The notes under the pieces: model-generated
What the model was told of the DNA's origin: nothing
Databases searched by the model: none
Seen by the model: only the letters and a program-made list of their open reading frames with translations
Program-made: the position numbers and the translations under genes
Shown: piece after piece, positions 9,973 to 19,452 of the stretch
Layout: every line of letters begins with the position of its first letter
How positions within the stretch are numbered: position 1 is the stretch's first letter
Origin: an archaeon
GTDB taxonomy: Archaea > Iainarchaeota > Iainarchaeia > Iainarchaeales > CSSED10-239
Direction: 5' to 3'
NCBI GenBank assembly: GCA_035390665.1
Contig: DAOOUC010000007.1
Coordinates: 1-32,000, forward strand
Length of the DNA stretch: 32,000 nucleotides

Positions 9973-10044
9973 AGCTCCTAGGGGGATTTGAACCCTCGAC
10001 CTCCGGTTTACAAGACCAGCGCTCTACCACTGAGCTATAGAAGC
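9973..10044 (-). tRNA. tRNA-Thr (anticodon UGU)
   Basis: Reverse complement GCTTCTA TA GCTC AGTGGTA GAGC G CTGGT CTTGTAA ACCGG AGGTC GAGGG TTCAAAT CCCCC TAGGAGC T folds as a cloverleaf (one A.C mismatch in the T stem). U73 discriminator is typical of archaeal tRNA-Thr. No CCA encoded. Confidence 0.95.
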
Positions 10045-10115
10045 TTTATATTTTTTAAAAAGATAATATCTAGGTCTATATAATATTTTATTAAAGAAAT
10101 ATTTATAAATGGATT

Positions 10116-11333
10116 TTATTGCTGTCTTAAAGCATCTACGATATTAAGTTTTGCTGCTGATCTAGCAGGGAAAAATCCAGAGATTAATCCAACAGTTAAT
10201 GCTAATAAGAATGTAGCTATAATAATTTGAGGAGTTATTGTTATTGTAAGCATTGTAAAGTTATGTGCGTGTGCATAAAGAACAACCAGTTTGGCAATCC
10301 CAACTCCAGCCCAAAATCCAATAAATCCTCCAACAAGTGTAAGAACAACAGACTCAAATACAAAAATAAAAGTAATGTCTGAAATTTTAGCACCAATAGA
10401 CTTTAAGACGCCTATTTCTCTTGTTCTTTCAAGAACAGAGGTGTAAACTGAATTGATTATTCCAAGGGAAGCAACAATTAATGAAATTCCTGCAATTGAT
10501 ATTAATATTGATCTTAAAATATTCATAACTCTTTTTATTAATACTAGAAAGGATTCCGCAGTAATAACTAAAAAAGTATCTTCTTCTCTGTTTCTTCCAA
10601 GAACTTTTTCAACTTTTTTTGCAACAAGGTCTCCATCAGCATCTTTCTTTGATTTAAGTATCATATAATTTACATTATCTCCATAACTATCAATTGCTTG
10701 TCCTGCTTTTCTACTAATGTAAACGGAACTATCGTCTTGTTGATTACCAACTGGTTCTAAAATTCCTATAACTTTAAAATCAATATCATTAAGTTTAAGA
10801 GAATCGCCAATCTTTATTTCTCTTTTAAATATTTCTTTTGCAGCATATGGCCCAATAACCGCAAAGTTTCCTTCTTTTTTATTAAATGTTTTTCCACTAT
10901 CTAATTTTACACTCATAAATTCAAGCATAGAGTCAAAATTTTTAGATGGAGATGTAACTACATAAAGGAATTGCTCTTCTCCTTTGTATTCTGCTCTAAC
11001 AGTGAAAAAATTCATTGGATATACTTCATCGACTTCTCCAATCTTTTCAAGATTCTCGGCATCTTGTATCTTTAACATTGTTTCTTCTGAGACTCTCCCA
11101 GCAGTATTAGGATCTCCTTGAAAATTAGCAGACATTATAAAAATAGAATTAGCGCCCATTTTGTTAAATTGATCACTAACAGCATTAAGCATTCCTTCAC
11201 TTAATACAATCAGTGCAACAACAGAAGCTATGCCTATGATTACAGAAAGAATAGTTAAGGTTGATCTTAACTTCTTTCTAAATATATTTTTTATAGTGAG
11301 ATTAATTAATTTCTTGTATTTTTCTGTATTCAT
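10116..11333 (-). CDS. ABC transporter permease, MacB/FtsX type
   Basis: RSTLTILSVIIGIASVVALIVLSEGM, periplasmic-like (MacB_PCD) domain, C-terminal TLVGGFIGFWAGVGIAKLV...FPARSAAKLNIVDALR. Confidence 0.92.
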   Translation of the reverse strand: MNTEKYKKLINLTIKNIFRKKLRSTLTILSVIIGIASVVALIVLSEGMLNAVSDQFNKMGANSIFIMSANFQGDPNTAGRVSEETMLKIQDAENLEKIGEVDEVYPMNFFTVRAEYKGEEQFLYVVTSPSKNFDSMLEFMSVKLDSGKTFNKKEGNFAVIGPYAAKEIFKREIKIGDSLKLNDIDFKVIGILEPVGNQQDDSSVYISRKAGQAIDSYGDNVNYMILKSKKDADGDLVAKKVEKVLGRNREEDTFLVITAESFLVLIKRVMNILRSILISIAGISLIVASLGIINSVYTSVLERTREIGVLKSIGAKISDITFIFVFESVVLTLVGGFIGFWAGVGIAKLVVLYAHAHNFTMLTITITPQIIIATFLLALTVGLISGFFPARSAAKLNIVDALRQQ

Positions 11334-11336
11334 GTG

Positions 11337-12596
11337 TTATTTTCTTTTTTTCTTAAATCTTTCTAAAAATCCACCAAATGCTGGAATTAATATCTTGTTG
11401 TATGCCCATTTAAATACTAAGATAAACAAAGCAAGAACTATAATTCCAATAACAATTCCAACAATTGCATTTATTATAATTGAAATTGCAGATTTTTGTG
11501 TTGGATTTTTTACAATTTCTACATTTATTCCTTTTTTTATTTCTTGTTCTTTAAGACTAGAATCTTTGTATTTTATTGTAAATTCAATAGGGTATGTTCC
11601 AGGTTTTATATCATTTGTTGTAAACTCTAAACTTACACTATCGTAATTGTCTTTTTCAATTGAGCCAATAAAGTATTTAGGAGAGTTATCTGTTATTGAA
11701 CTAGCCATCTCTACATAAATTCCTTCTGCATCAATATTACCAACATTATATATTTCAAAATCTATTTTTTCTTTATTATTTGAATATAATTTGTTGTTTT
11801 TGTTTTCACCAATTGAAACAAGATTAAAAATAATTTTTGGATCATCATTAATCTTAACTCCAAGGTTTCTAGTTAATGTGTGTTCTCCAGTAGAATCAGT
11901 ATATTTAATAGTAATAGGCAAAGTATAACTGTTCTGGGTAACTTCTTTAGAAACATTAATTCTATAGTTTGCTTTTATTTTTTCTTCTGTTATGACTTTA
12001 TCAAAATATTTGGTTTTAAGATCAAGTACTGTTATATAATCCCCTAAAGAATTATCAACAGTTACAAAAACATCTTTTATGTTTTGAGAACTCAAGTTTT
12101 TTAATGTTAATTCAACACTACCTTCTGAACCAATTGAAACATTTGAAATTTTTGCTTCAATTAAATCAAGAACAGAAGTGTCTGTGCTTACATCAATTGT
12201 GTATTTTTTAACATTATAGATTGTACTACTACCGTGTTTAAATTTAAACTCTAATTCATAACTGTCTGTTACTGCTCTAATATCTGTTGTTAACTTGTAT
12301 TTAATTATTGTTGTTTGATATGGAGCAAGTTTAATTGTATATTCTTTATTATCAAATTCAGAAATCTGAAATGGATATTTTGCTTCTAAGATATAGGTTA
12401 CATTTTCAGCAGTAACGTTGCTGTTATTTGTTAATTGAATCCATAATTCAAACTCATCTCCTGGGTTAACTGGAACTGGACTATAATTGTAAGTGTTTGC
12501 GGTTAAATTAACACTATCAAAGTTTGTTGTTGCTGCAAATATTCCATTTAACAATAGAATACTAAACAGCAAAGTTATCATATTTTTTGTATTCAT
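11337..12596 (-). CDS. Exported protein with repeated beta-sandwich (CARDB/NEW3-like) regions and a C-terminal TM anchor
   Basis: Signal peptide; repeats such as GDEFELWIQLTNNSNVTAENVTY, EGSVELTLKNLSSQNIKDVF and DFEIYNVGNIDAEGIYVEM; C-terminal TM helix followed by KKRK. Confidence 0.7.
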   Translation of the reverse strand: MNTKNMITLLFSILLLNGIFAATTNFDSVNLTANTYNYSPVPVNPGDEFELWIQLTNNSNVTAENVTYILEAKYPFQISEFDNKEYTIKLAPYQTTIIKYKLTTDIRAVTDSYELEFKFKHGSSTIYNVKKYTIDVSTDTSVLDLIEAKISNVSIGSEGSVELTLKNLSSQNIKDVFVTVDNSLGDYITVLDLKTKYFDKVITEEKIKANYRINVSKEVTQNSYTLPITIKYTDSTGEHTLTRNLGVKINDDPKIIFNLVSIGENKNNKLYSNNKEKIDFEIYNVGNIDAEGIYVEMASSITDNSPKYFIGSIEKDNYDSVSLEFTTNDIKPGTYPIEFTIKYKDSSLKEQEIKKGINVEIVKNPTQKSAISIIINAIVGIVIGIIVLALFILVFKWAYNKILIPAFGGFLERFKKKRK

Positions 12597-12628
12597 TTTA
12601 ATCTCACCATTTTTTTATTTTTTAAATT

Positions 12629-13825
12629 TTACTCTTCGCGAAGTGCTTCAACAGGTTCCTGACTTGAAGCAATATAAGCTGGAATCATTCCTGATATTAT
12701 TCCAATCAAAAAAGAAAACCCAAGTGCTAATATAACAATATTAAAACTAATTAATATGTTTATTGTTATTCCAACTTGAGCGGCCACTAATTTAACAAGA
12801 CTTGCTAAACCAAATCCAAGTAATACCCCTATTGTTCCTCCAATTAAACCAATAATTCCAGATTCTAATAAGAATATTAAAAGAATGTCTCTTTTCTTAG
12901 CACCAACTGCTTTTAATATTCCAATTTCTTTCTTTCTTTCAAATACAGAAGTGTACATGGAGTTTAATATTCCAATTCCTCCAACTAGAAGAGAAATACA
13001 AGCAATTCCAATAATAACAATACTAACCATTCCAAGAGTTTCTTCTCTGTTTTTTGCTTCTTGAATTGGGCTTGTTACAAATACATCTTCTGAACCTCTT
13101 TTTCTTTCAAGTCTATCTTTTATTTTTTCGGAAGTAACTTCTACATCTTTTCCTTCTTTGGTAATTGCATAAATTGCATCAAAGGTATCGTTCTGTGTAA
13201 TTTCTTTAAGATTATCATTAGAGATATAAATTGCACTATCTTTTCTTCCGTCTCCTGTTTTTTTAAGAACTCCTACAATTGTATATTCTGTGTCTGCAAT
13301 TTTAATTTTCTTTCCAAGATCTAGAATTTTTCCAAAAAGATCATCTTCTTTTTCTATATCATAAAAACTATAACCAACAACAATTTCTTTTGCTTTATCT
13401 GAAGATATATAACTTCCAGTTAATATTTCTTTATTTTCTTGTAGTAACATTTTTTCAAAATATTTTGGTTCATAAGAAGTATAAGAAAGCATTTGTGTTT
13501 TTTGATTATATTTAGTTTCAAGATATCCATTTAATGATCCAGTCGCATAATCAACATCTGTAATTTTTTCTATAGTTTTAATATCTTCATCTGTTAATCC
13601 AAGTAAACTTCGGCCACCACCAAAACTTTGGTATTTGGAAGTAATTGTTATCTTTTGAGAACCTAAATTATTAAATTCACTGGTTATTGCAGATTTAAGT
13701 CCTTCTGAAAGAGAAATCAAAGAAACAATTGCAACAACTCCAACAATAATTCCAGCTATAGTTAACCAATTTCTTAATTTTCTTCTTCTTAGGTTTCTTA
13801 GAACAAAACTTAGTATTCCAATCAT
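12629..13825 (-). CDS. ABC transporter permease, MacB/FtsX type
   Basis: RRRKLRNWLTIAGIIVGVVAIVSLISLSEGL...KKEIGILKAVGAKKRDILLIFLLESGIIGLIGG. Confidence 0.93.
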   Translation of the reverse strand: MIGILSFVLRNLRRRKLRNWLTIAGIIVGVVAIVSLISLSEGLKSAITSEFNNLGSQKITITSKYQSFGGGRSLLGLTDEDIKTIEKITDVDYATGSLNGYLETKYNQKTQMLSYTSYEPKYFEKMLLQENKEILTGSYISSDKAKEIVVGYSFYDIEKEDDLFGKILDLGKKIKIADTEYTIVGVLKKTGDGRKDSAIYISNDNLKEITQNDTFDAIYAITKEGKDVEVTSEKIKDRLERKRGSEDVFVTSPIQEAKNREETLGMVSIVIIGIACISLLVGGIGILNSMYTSVFERKKEIGILKAVGAKKRDILLIFLLESGIIGLIGGTIGVLLGFGLASLVKLVAAQVGITINILISFNIVILALGFSFLIGIISGMIPAYIASSQEPVEALREE

Positions 13826-13831
13826 TAATTA

Positions 13832-14536
13832 TCAATGGTTTAGTTTATCTTCAATTATTTTTCCATCTTTTAGATTTATGTTTCTTTTTGCAGCTTTTGC
13901 AACAGTCTTATCGTGTGTAATAATTATAACTGTTTTTCCTTTCTTGTTTAAATCTTTTAAAAGATCCATTATTTCTTCACTTGATTTGGAATCAAGAGCA
14001 CCGGTTGGTTCATCAGCGAGTATAATTTCGGGGTCATTAACTAAAGAACGTGCAATTGCTACTCTTTGTTGTTGTCCACCGGAAAGTTCAGTTGGTTTAT
14101 GATGTACTCTTTCTCCAAGACCAACTAGAGTTAATAATGCTTTACAATGTTTTTCTTGAAGTTCTATTGATTTATCTGTGTCTTGAAAAAGCATTGGAAG
14201 CATAACATTTTCTAGAGCAGTTAAAGTTGGTATAAGATTAAAATCTTGAAAAACAAAACCAATTTTTTGTCCTCTAATCTTTGCTAAATCGTCTTCTTCT
14301 AAATTAGAAACATCTGTTCCACCTAAAAGTACTTTTCCTTTACTTGGAAGATCTAAGGCTCCAATAATGTGCATCATTGTGGATTTTCCAGAACCGCTTG
14401 GGCCCATAATTGCAACGAATTCTCCAGTATTAATTCTTAAATCTACTCCATTTAAGGCATTAACACAAACAGAACCCATACAATAGATTTTGTAGATATC
14501 TTTAAGTTCCACAACAGCTTTATCTTTTATAGTCAT
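13832..14536 (-). CDS. ABC transporter ATP-binding protein, LolD/MacB type (start taken at the internal MTIKDKAVVELKD rather than the upstream ATG at 14635)
   Basis: Walker A GPSGSGKST, LSGGQQQR signature, Walker B IILADEPTGALD, and H-loop. Confidence 0.93.
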   Translation of the reverse strand: MTIKDKAVVELKDIYKIYCMGSVCVNALNGVDLRINTGEFVAIMGPSGSGKSTMMHIIGALDLPSKGKVLLGGTDVSNLEEDDLAKIRGQKIGFVFQDFNLIPTLTALENVMLPMLFQDTDKSIELQEKHCKALLTLVGLGERVHHKPTELSGGQQQRVAIARSLVNDPEIILADEPTGALDSKSSEEIMDLLKDLNKKGKTVIIITHDKTVAKAAKRNINLKDGKIIEDKLNH

Positions 14537-14662
14537 GTTTAACTCACACAAATAGTTAGTAAATTTACTATATATTACATATATAGAAATATATTTAAAT
14601 AGAAAAAAACAGAAAAAACAAGTAAAAAACACCATTTCTTGGACAACTCGTCAACAAACACA

Positions 14663-14680
14663 TTTATATATATTTTTAAT
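14663..14680 (+). promoter_or_regulatory. Putative archaeal TATA box driving the structured leader and tRNA-Ser transcript
   Basis: TTTATATATATTTTTAAT in the intergenic region, no other TATA-like element close upstream of the tRNA. Confidence 0.4.
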
Positions 14681-14740
14681 CTAAAATATATTATATCTAT
14701 TTGAGACAATTATGTTTACCTAAGTTCTTAAATTTTGTTC

Positions 14741-14840
14741 TTTTGGGTATGCACAACAAAAGTTATTTTTTGTTGGCACAGAGAAATCACAAAGTGATTT
14801 GTCTTGTGAAGGAACTTTTCTTTCAAGAAAAGGGTCTCGT
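14741..14840 (+). ncRNA. Candidate structured RNA: three consecutive hairpins between the TATA-like element and tRNA-Ser
   Basis: Perfect inverted repeats CAACAAAA(gttatt)TTTTGTTG 14754..14775, AAATCAC(aaa)GTGATTT 14784..14800, CTTTTCT(ttca)AGAAAAG 14815..14832. Confidence 0.4.
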
Positions 14841-14923
14841 GCAGAGGTGGCGGAGTGGCCAAACGCGCTAGCCTGCTAAGCTAGAGTCGAAAGACTACAC
14901 GGGTTCGAATCCCGTCCTCTGCG
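14841..14923 (+). tRNA. tRNA-Ser (anticodon GCU)
   Basis: GCAGAGGTGGCGGAGTGGCCAAACGCGCTAGCCTGCTAAGCTAG-AGTCGAAAGACTAC-ACGGGTTCGAATCCCGTCCTCTGCG: class II tRNA with long variable arm, acceptor GCAGAGG/CCTCTGC. Confidence 0.97.
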
Positions 14924-14995
14924 TTTTTCTTTTTCTAAGAATATCTTTAAATATATTATGTATTACTATATTGATACACTAAAATGTGATATATT

Positions 14996-15256
14996 ATGTT
15001 TAAAAAAAAAGTTGATTCAGATAGATTACTGCAAGAAACCATTTATGGAACAGGCGGAATACCTAAACCAGAGGTTGGTGCAGTTTCAGTCGGTGCAAGT
15101 AAGAGAAGAAGAAATGAGCAAAATTTCTTACAGAGATTATTTAGCCCAAGAAAAGTTGTAAGGCCTGCACCAGGAAAGCCAAAAAAACCAGGATTTTTTG
15201 AAAATCTTTTTTCAGGCAATGGTTTTAAAAGAAGAAAAGGTATTGATGGTTTTTAA
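14996..15256 (+). CDS. Small basic hypothetical protein
   Basis: 86-aa ORF rich in K/R, translationally coupled to the downstream ORF. Confidence 0.5.
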   Translation: MFKKKVDSDRLLQETIYGTGGIPKPEVGAVSVGASKRRRNEQNFLQRLFSPRKVVRPAPGKPKKPGFFENLFSGNGFKRRKGIDGF

Positions 15257-15630
15257 TGTTAAAAAATAAATTTATTTATTGGATACCAAGAATTTTATCA
15301 ATATTATTTATTCTCTTTTTAGCAATGTTTTCTTTAGATGTTATTACTCCAGAGGCAAGTTTTTTGGAGATTGTGGGCGGATTACTAATTCATAATATCC
15401 CTGTTTTTATTTTAACTGCAATTTTAATAATTTCTTGGAAATATGAAATTGTAGGTGCTATTGCTTTTATTTTGGGAGGATTATTATATCTTCTAAATGT
15501 TTTGATTACTATAATTAGGACACCACCATTTGAATGGTTTTATTTATCTTGGATTTTATTTATTTCAGGACCAGCATTCTTGATAGGAATATTATTTTTA
15601 ATTGGCTGGTTAAAAAAAAAGTCTAAGTAA
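15256..15630 (+). CDS. Hypothetical four-TM membrane protein
   Basis: 124-aa ORF with about four hydrophobic segments, start overlapping the preceding stop codon. Confidence 0.6.
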   Translation: MLKNKFIYWIPRILSILFILFLAMFSLDVITPEASFLEIVGGLLIHNIPVFILTAILIISWKYEIVGAIAFILGGLLYLLNVLITIIRTPPFEWFYLSWILFISGPAFLIGILFLIGWLKKKSK

Positions 15631-17320
15631 ATTCATTTTCTGAAGTATTATTCCCGTAAAAGCTATTAAGTTTATTACTCATACAACTCATAATTGTTAA
15701 GCAATCTGTATCTGAAATATATTTTGTGTCTTGATAATTAATGTTGATAATATTATATTCATTTAATGGATCAATATCGTTTGGATAATCAGGAACAGGA
15801 GTAATTGGTTGTGGCATATTTTCAATTCTTCGTTGTAAATTTTCTTGTCTAATTCTTTCATTTTCTTGTCTTTGTATTTCAGCTTGATTTTGTCTTTCTA
15901 ATTCTTGTTTAGCAATAGGAAGTAAATCGTTTATTTCTTTACCTGATTTAGAAATTAATTCTCCAGAATATCCATAAATTATTGAACATTCTAATTTAGC
16001 ATCTTCATCTTTTATCCATATTCTAAAATATCCATTATTCCCCCAGTGTTCTCCCCAATTATTTTTTAATATCCAGTATTCTTTATTTCTAATCTTATCT
16101 GTGCCCCATCCAACAATAGTAACACCGTGAGCAAGGGTTGGAGGGTCTTCGTCTGATATTTTAGACCAAATTCCAGATTCAAAATTATAAAGAGACGGAT
16201 AAAAATAAATAGATGTTGCTAGAGGAGATAATTTAAGTGCTTCTTTAATATTATTGATTGTTTGAGTTTTATTTATAGTTCTACAATCAGAATTATCAAT
16301 TCTAAAATGAGATTCTATAAAATACTTGGTATAGTTGTCATTTTTTCTAGGCAAATAAATTGAATTTTCAGTATCTGAATCAGAAGTATCTGGACAAAAA
16401 TTAGAGTTTATATTATTAATATTTAATCGGCCTTGACCAGTAATTAAAAGAGGGGTAATATTCATATTTGTTGTAGTTTTCTTAGTAGTTCTATTTAAAT
16501 TAACAATTTCACAAGAATCATATGCCAAATAATTTAGTTGATTTTCTAAAGGAACACCAAAAGGAACTTCTCCAGCAGCTAAACTTAATTGGGTTCTTGT
16601 TTGTAAATGTTCTGTGCCTGCAATTAATTTATTTTCTAAACCTAATTCTCCTTTTATTTTATTTTTTAAATAATTATTAAAATCACTATTTTGATTATAA
16701 GAGGCTAAAGATAAGAATTTAATGTAATAATCTAATCCAGCACCACGACAGCCAATGAAATTAGAATAGGATATAAGATATTGTTCAGATAAGTTTAATT
16801 TATTATTTTCTGAAAGATTATCTTTTCTATTTATGTATCCTTCTAAAGCTCCAAGAATTGCAAAAGTGTTACAAGAACCACAAGTTGTTTGATTTTTACC
16901 TAGCGTCATATATGTTGCCCAATTTATTTGGTCTTCAAATTCATAAATTGGAGCAGAAATGGTGGCATCGGTTAATAAGAATAATCCAGTATTCCTATTT
17001 TTTTCTTTTTTCATAGAATTTAAGTCATCATATTTGTAGTTTTCTGGAAAGAAATTATTTTTATTTTCGGTATTAAAAATAGGCGATGGATCAGGATTTG
17101 CATTTGAATAAGAATCAATTTCATCAATTCTTTGAGTGATTGGAATTTTCATAATTTCTTTAGAGTAATTTGTAGCAACCCAAGATGCATTTTGTTTTCT
17201 TAATTGTTCATTAATAATATCTGCTTGTGTTTTTTCTTTAGATATTGATAAAAATAACATTATAGAGATAATTATTATAGAAATAATAATTGCAATTATG
17301 GAGTTTAATTTTTTATTCAT
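15623..17320 (-). CDS. Exported/membrane-anchored papain-like (C1 family) cysteine protease
   Basis: N-terminal hydrophobic signal anchor; catalytic Cys region [17 protein letters not shown]; His region [11 protein letters not shown]; Asn region [21 protein letters not shown]. Confidence 0.93.
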   Translation of the reverse strand: MNKKLNSIIAIIISIIIISIMLFLSISKEKTQADIINEQLRKQNASWVATNYSKEIMKIPITQRIDEIDSYSNANPDPSPIFNTENKNNFFPENYKYDDLNSMKKEKNRNTGLFLLTDATISAPIYEFEDQINWATYMTLGKNQTTCGSCNTFAILGALEGYINRKDNLSENNKLNLSEQYLISYSNFIGCRGAGLDYYIKFLSLASYNQNSDFNNYLKNKIKGELGLENKLIAGTEHLQTRTQLSLAAGEVPFGVPLENQLNYLAYDSCEIVNLNRTTKKTTTNMNITPLLITGQGRLNINNINSNFCPDTSDSDTENSIYLPRKNDNYTKYFIESHFRIDNSDCRTINKTQTINNIKEALKLSPLATSIYFYPSLYNFESGIWSKISDEDPPTLAHGVTIVGWGTDKIRNKEYWILKNNWGEHWGNNGYFRIWIKDEDAKLECSIIYGYSGELISKSGKEINDLLPIAKQELERQNQAEIQRQENERIRQENLQRRIENMPQPITPVPDYPNDIDPLNEYNIININYQDTKYISDTDCLTIMSCMSNKLNSFYGNNTSENEFT

Positions 17321-17436
17321 TTATTGTCCCCATATAATATAATAATATGAATGTTTATAAAATGTTTATCTCAAGAATATATTAGATGAAAACAGTATAA
17401 ATTGATTGTGTATCAAGCTTGAACGTAATAGGTCAG

Positions 17437-17518
17437 GCTAGGGTTTCCGAGCGGTCAAAGGAGCCAGACTCAAGATCTGGTGCTTAGTGCTTCGCAGGTT
17501 CGAATCCTGCCCTTAGCA
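17437..17518 (+). tRNA. tRNA-Leu (anticodon CAA)
   Basis: GCTAGGGTTTCCGAGCGGTCAAAGGAGCCAGACTCAAGATCTGGTGCTTAGTGCTTCGCAGGTTCGAATCCTGCCCTTAGCA: class II tRNA, anticodon loop CTCAAGA. Confidence 0.96.
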
Positions 17519-17540
17519 GATTATAATCTATTTGAATATT

Positions 17541-18122
17541 ATGAAATTTGAAAATATTATTCTAAATAAACCAGAAGATGTCGTGTCTTTTCTAAAAAGA
17601 GAAGATTTGATTAATCAACTATATGAAATAGAATATACTACCAATCTGACTTATAGTTCGAAAGAAAAATTTATTGAAAGATTAAAAGAAAACCTATATC
17701 TTGAAACTCTTAATTCTAAAGAAATGGGCGTTTATTTTAATTTATTACATGAAAATAAAAAAATAATTGGTTTTTCTATATCAAATAAAGAAGATAAAGA
17801 AAGAGCATATATTGGAAGAATTGCAATTAGAAAAGAATATCAAGGTAAAGGTCTTGGAAAGAAATTATTGATTAATACTGTTGCAAAATTAAGAGTAAAG
17901 GGTTTTACTTATATTGATTTAACTGCAAAACCAGCATTACATAAGCCATTAAAACAAATAACTGGCCAATCAAATATTGGGAAATCAAGACGAAAATTTA
18001 ATTCTGATTTTAAGTATTCTATAAATAATAGAAAATTTAATCCAGAAAGTAATAAGCCGATTACAATTACAATAAAAAAACAAAAAAGGAAAATTCCTGT
18101 TTATAGGCCACGAATAAAATAG
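17541..18122 (+). CDS. GNAT-like N-acetyltransferase (ATG at 17541 preferred over TTG at 17532)
   Basis: AYIGRIAIRKEYQGKGLGKKLLINTVAKLRVKGFTYIDLTA acetyl-CoA binding motif; extra basic C-terminal tail. Confidence 0.85.
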   Translation: MKFENIILNKPEDVVSFLKREDLINQLYEIEYTTNLTYSSKEKFIERLKENLYLETLNSKEMGVYFNLLHENKKIIGFSISNKEDKERAYIGRIAIRKEYQGKGLGKKLLINTVAKLRVKGFTYIDLTAKPALHKPLKQITGQSNIGKSRRKFNSDFKYSINNRKFNPESNKPITITIKKQKRKIPVYRPRIK

Positions 18123-18128
18123 ATAATT

Positions 18129-18509
18129 TTAACATTCTCCTTCTTTTAATATTGGTACATTGTCTGCTGTACATGCGTTTCCATAAGTAACTCCATTAAC
18201 TCCACAAACAGGCATATATTCCATTGTACAAACCTTTCCTTCTGTTGGAGGATATTGCCCTTTAAAACATTCTTCTCTATAAAGCTTCCATTCTTCACAT
18301 TGAGATCCATCTTCAAATGTACAGATTCCATATTCTCCATGTTCTGAATTGACAATATTTAATGTACCTCCAAGATTTTTACAATAAACAGAAGCAGGGT
18401 TTGCAATTTCAGTTGTATTCTTTTCTGAAAAAATTAAAAATCCTGCAACAATTCCTGATACAAAAACAATTGCCATAATTATTCCTATTATTATTCTTTT
18501 ATTTATCAT
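18129..18509 (-). CDS. Exported/membrane-anchored DUF333-like + Kazal-type domain protein
   Basis: N-terminal TM; NPASVYCKNLGGTLNIVNSEHGEYGICTFEDGSQCEEWKLYREEC (DUF333-like) and CTMEYMPVCGVNGVTYGNACTADNVPILKEGEC (Kazal consensus). Confidence 0.88.
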   Translation of the reverse strand: MINKRIIIGIIMAIVFVSGIVAGFLIFSEKNTTEIANPASVYCKNLGGTLNIVNSEHGEYGICTFEDGSQCEEWKLYREECFKGQYPPTEGKVCTMEYMPVCGVNGVTYGNACTADNVPILKEGEC

Positions 18510-19375
18510 TTATTTTCACCTTTTTTAAATACTTCTCCAAGGAAAAGTTTATTACTTACTCCGTATTTTTTTATATCAATATATCCTTTATCTATTAGTT
18601 TTTTAATATTTCTTGAAACTGTGCCTTTAGGCAAGAAACTTTTAGCAGTTATTATTTTTTGAGATTGTCCTTCGTTTTCAATAATTATCTTCATAATCTT
18701 TTGTTCATTCTCATTTAGTCCCAAAAGTAAATCTTTTCCTTTTTCTGTAGTTTTTATTTCTTTTTTAGTTTTTGGTTTCTTTTTAATTAATAGGTATGCC
18801 CCAACTAAAATAATTGGAATAATTAATAAATAATAATAATAATTATTAGATTCAACATTCTTTAAATCATAATTAATATTTATTTCTTTGATATCTTTAA
18901 AAGAAATAACAATTTGTCCATTGATTACTTGAACCGAAGAAGAGATGGGCGTTTCTTTTATTTCTGAATTTTTGGGTAGAGTTATTTTTAAGTTATTAGA
19001 TGTGTCTAAATATCTAGATTTATAATTTAGATTCCAAAGTCCATTATTTTTATTTGTGTAATAATCAGTAAGAGAGATGATTTCTATATTTAATGTTTCT
19101 GGTATGTTGCTTAGGTTAATTGTTAATAATTCAGTTGTGTATGAAAAATTAGAATATTTTTGATTATTAATCTTTACAACAACATCATAGCTTGGAACAA
19201 TTGGTAATTCTAATTTTTCTGAATTAATGTCTGTAATTATTAATTTTTCTGAAATTTTATAACTATCAAATTTATCTGCAAATATTTCTGTGTCTTGAGA
19301 TATAACATTGTATGCATAATTATAATTAATTATTGTAATAAAAACAAAAAATATTAATATTTGTTTCTTAATCAT
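18506..19375 (-). CDS. Membrane-anchored protein with C-terminal winged-helix DNA-binding domain
   Basis: Signal peptide, extracytoplasmic region, TM (YYYYLLIIPIILVGAYLLI), then a wHTH region LGLNENEQKIMKIIIENEGQSQKIITAKSFLPKGTVSRNIKKLIDKGYIDIKKYG. Confidence 0.8.
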   Translation of the reverse strand: MIKKQILIFFVFITIINYNYAYNVISQDTEIFADKFDSYKISEKLIITDINSEKLELPIVPSYDVVVKINNQKYSNFSYTTELLTINLSNIPETLNIEIISLTDYYTNKNNGLWNLNYKSRYLDTSNNLKITLPKNSEIKETPISSSVQVINGQIVISFKDIKEININYDLKNVESNNYYYYLLIIPIILVGAYLLIKKKPKTKKEIKTTEKGKDLLLGLNENEQKIMKIIIENEGQSQKIITAKSFLPKGTVSRNIKKLIDKGYIDIKKYGVSNKLFLGEVFKKGENK

Positions 19376-19452
19376 AATTATTCACTAATATTATATTACA
19401 ATCATATATTTAAAGTTACTTTTTTTAAAAAAAATAAAAAAAGAAGAGAAAT

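Noticed and set aside
12640-12651. CTTCGCGAAG palindrome near the end of an ABC permease gene
   Set aside because: Only 10 bp and encodes the conserved C-terminal EALREE-like tail of MacB permeases; not distinguishable from chance.
14749-14876. Short ORF MHNKSYFLLAQRNHKVICLVKELFFQEKGLVQRWRSGQTR through the hairpin region
   Set aside because: It runs into tRNA-Ser, has no SD and matches no family; the inverted repeats argue for RNA structure instead.
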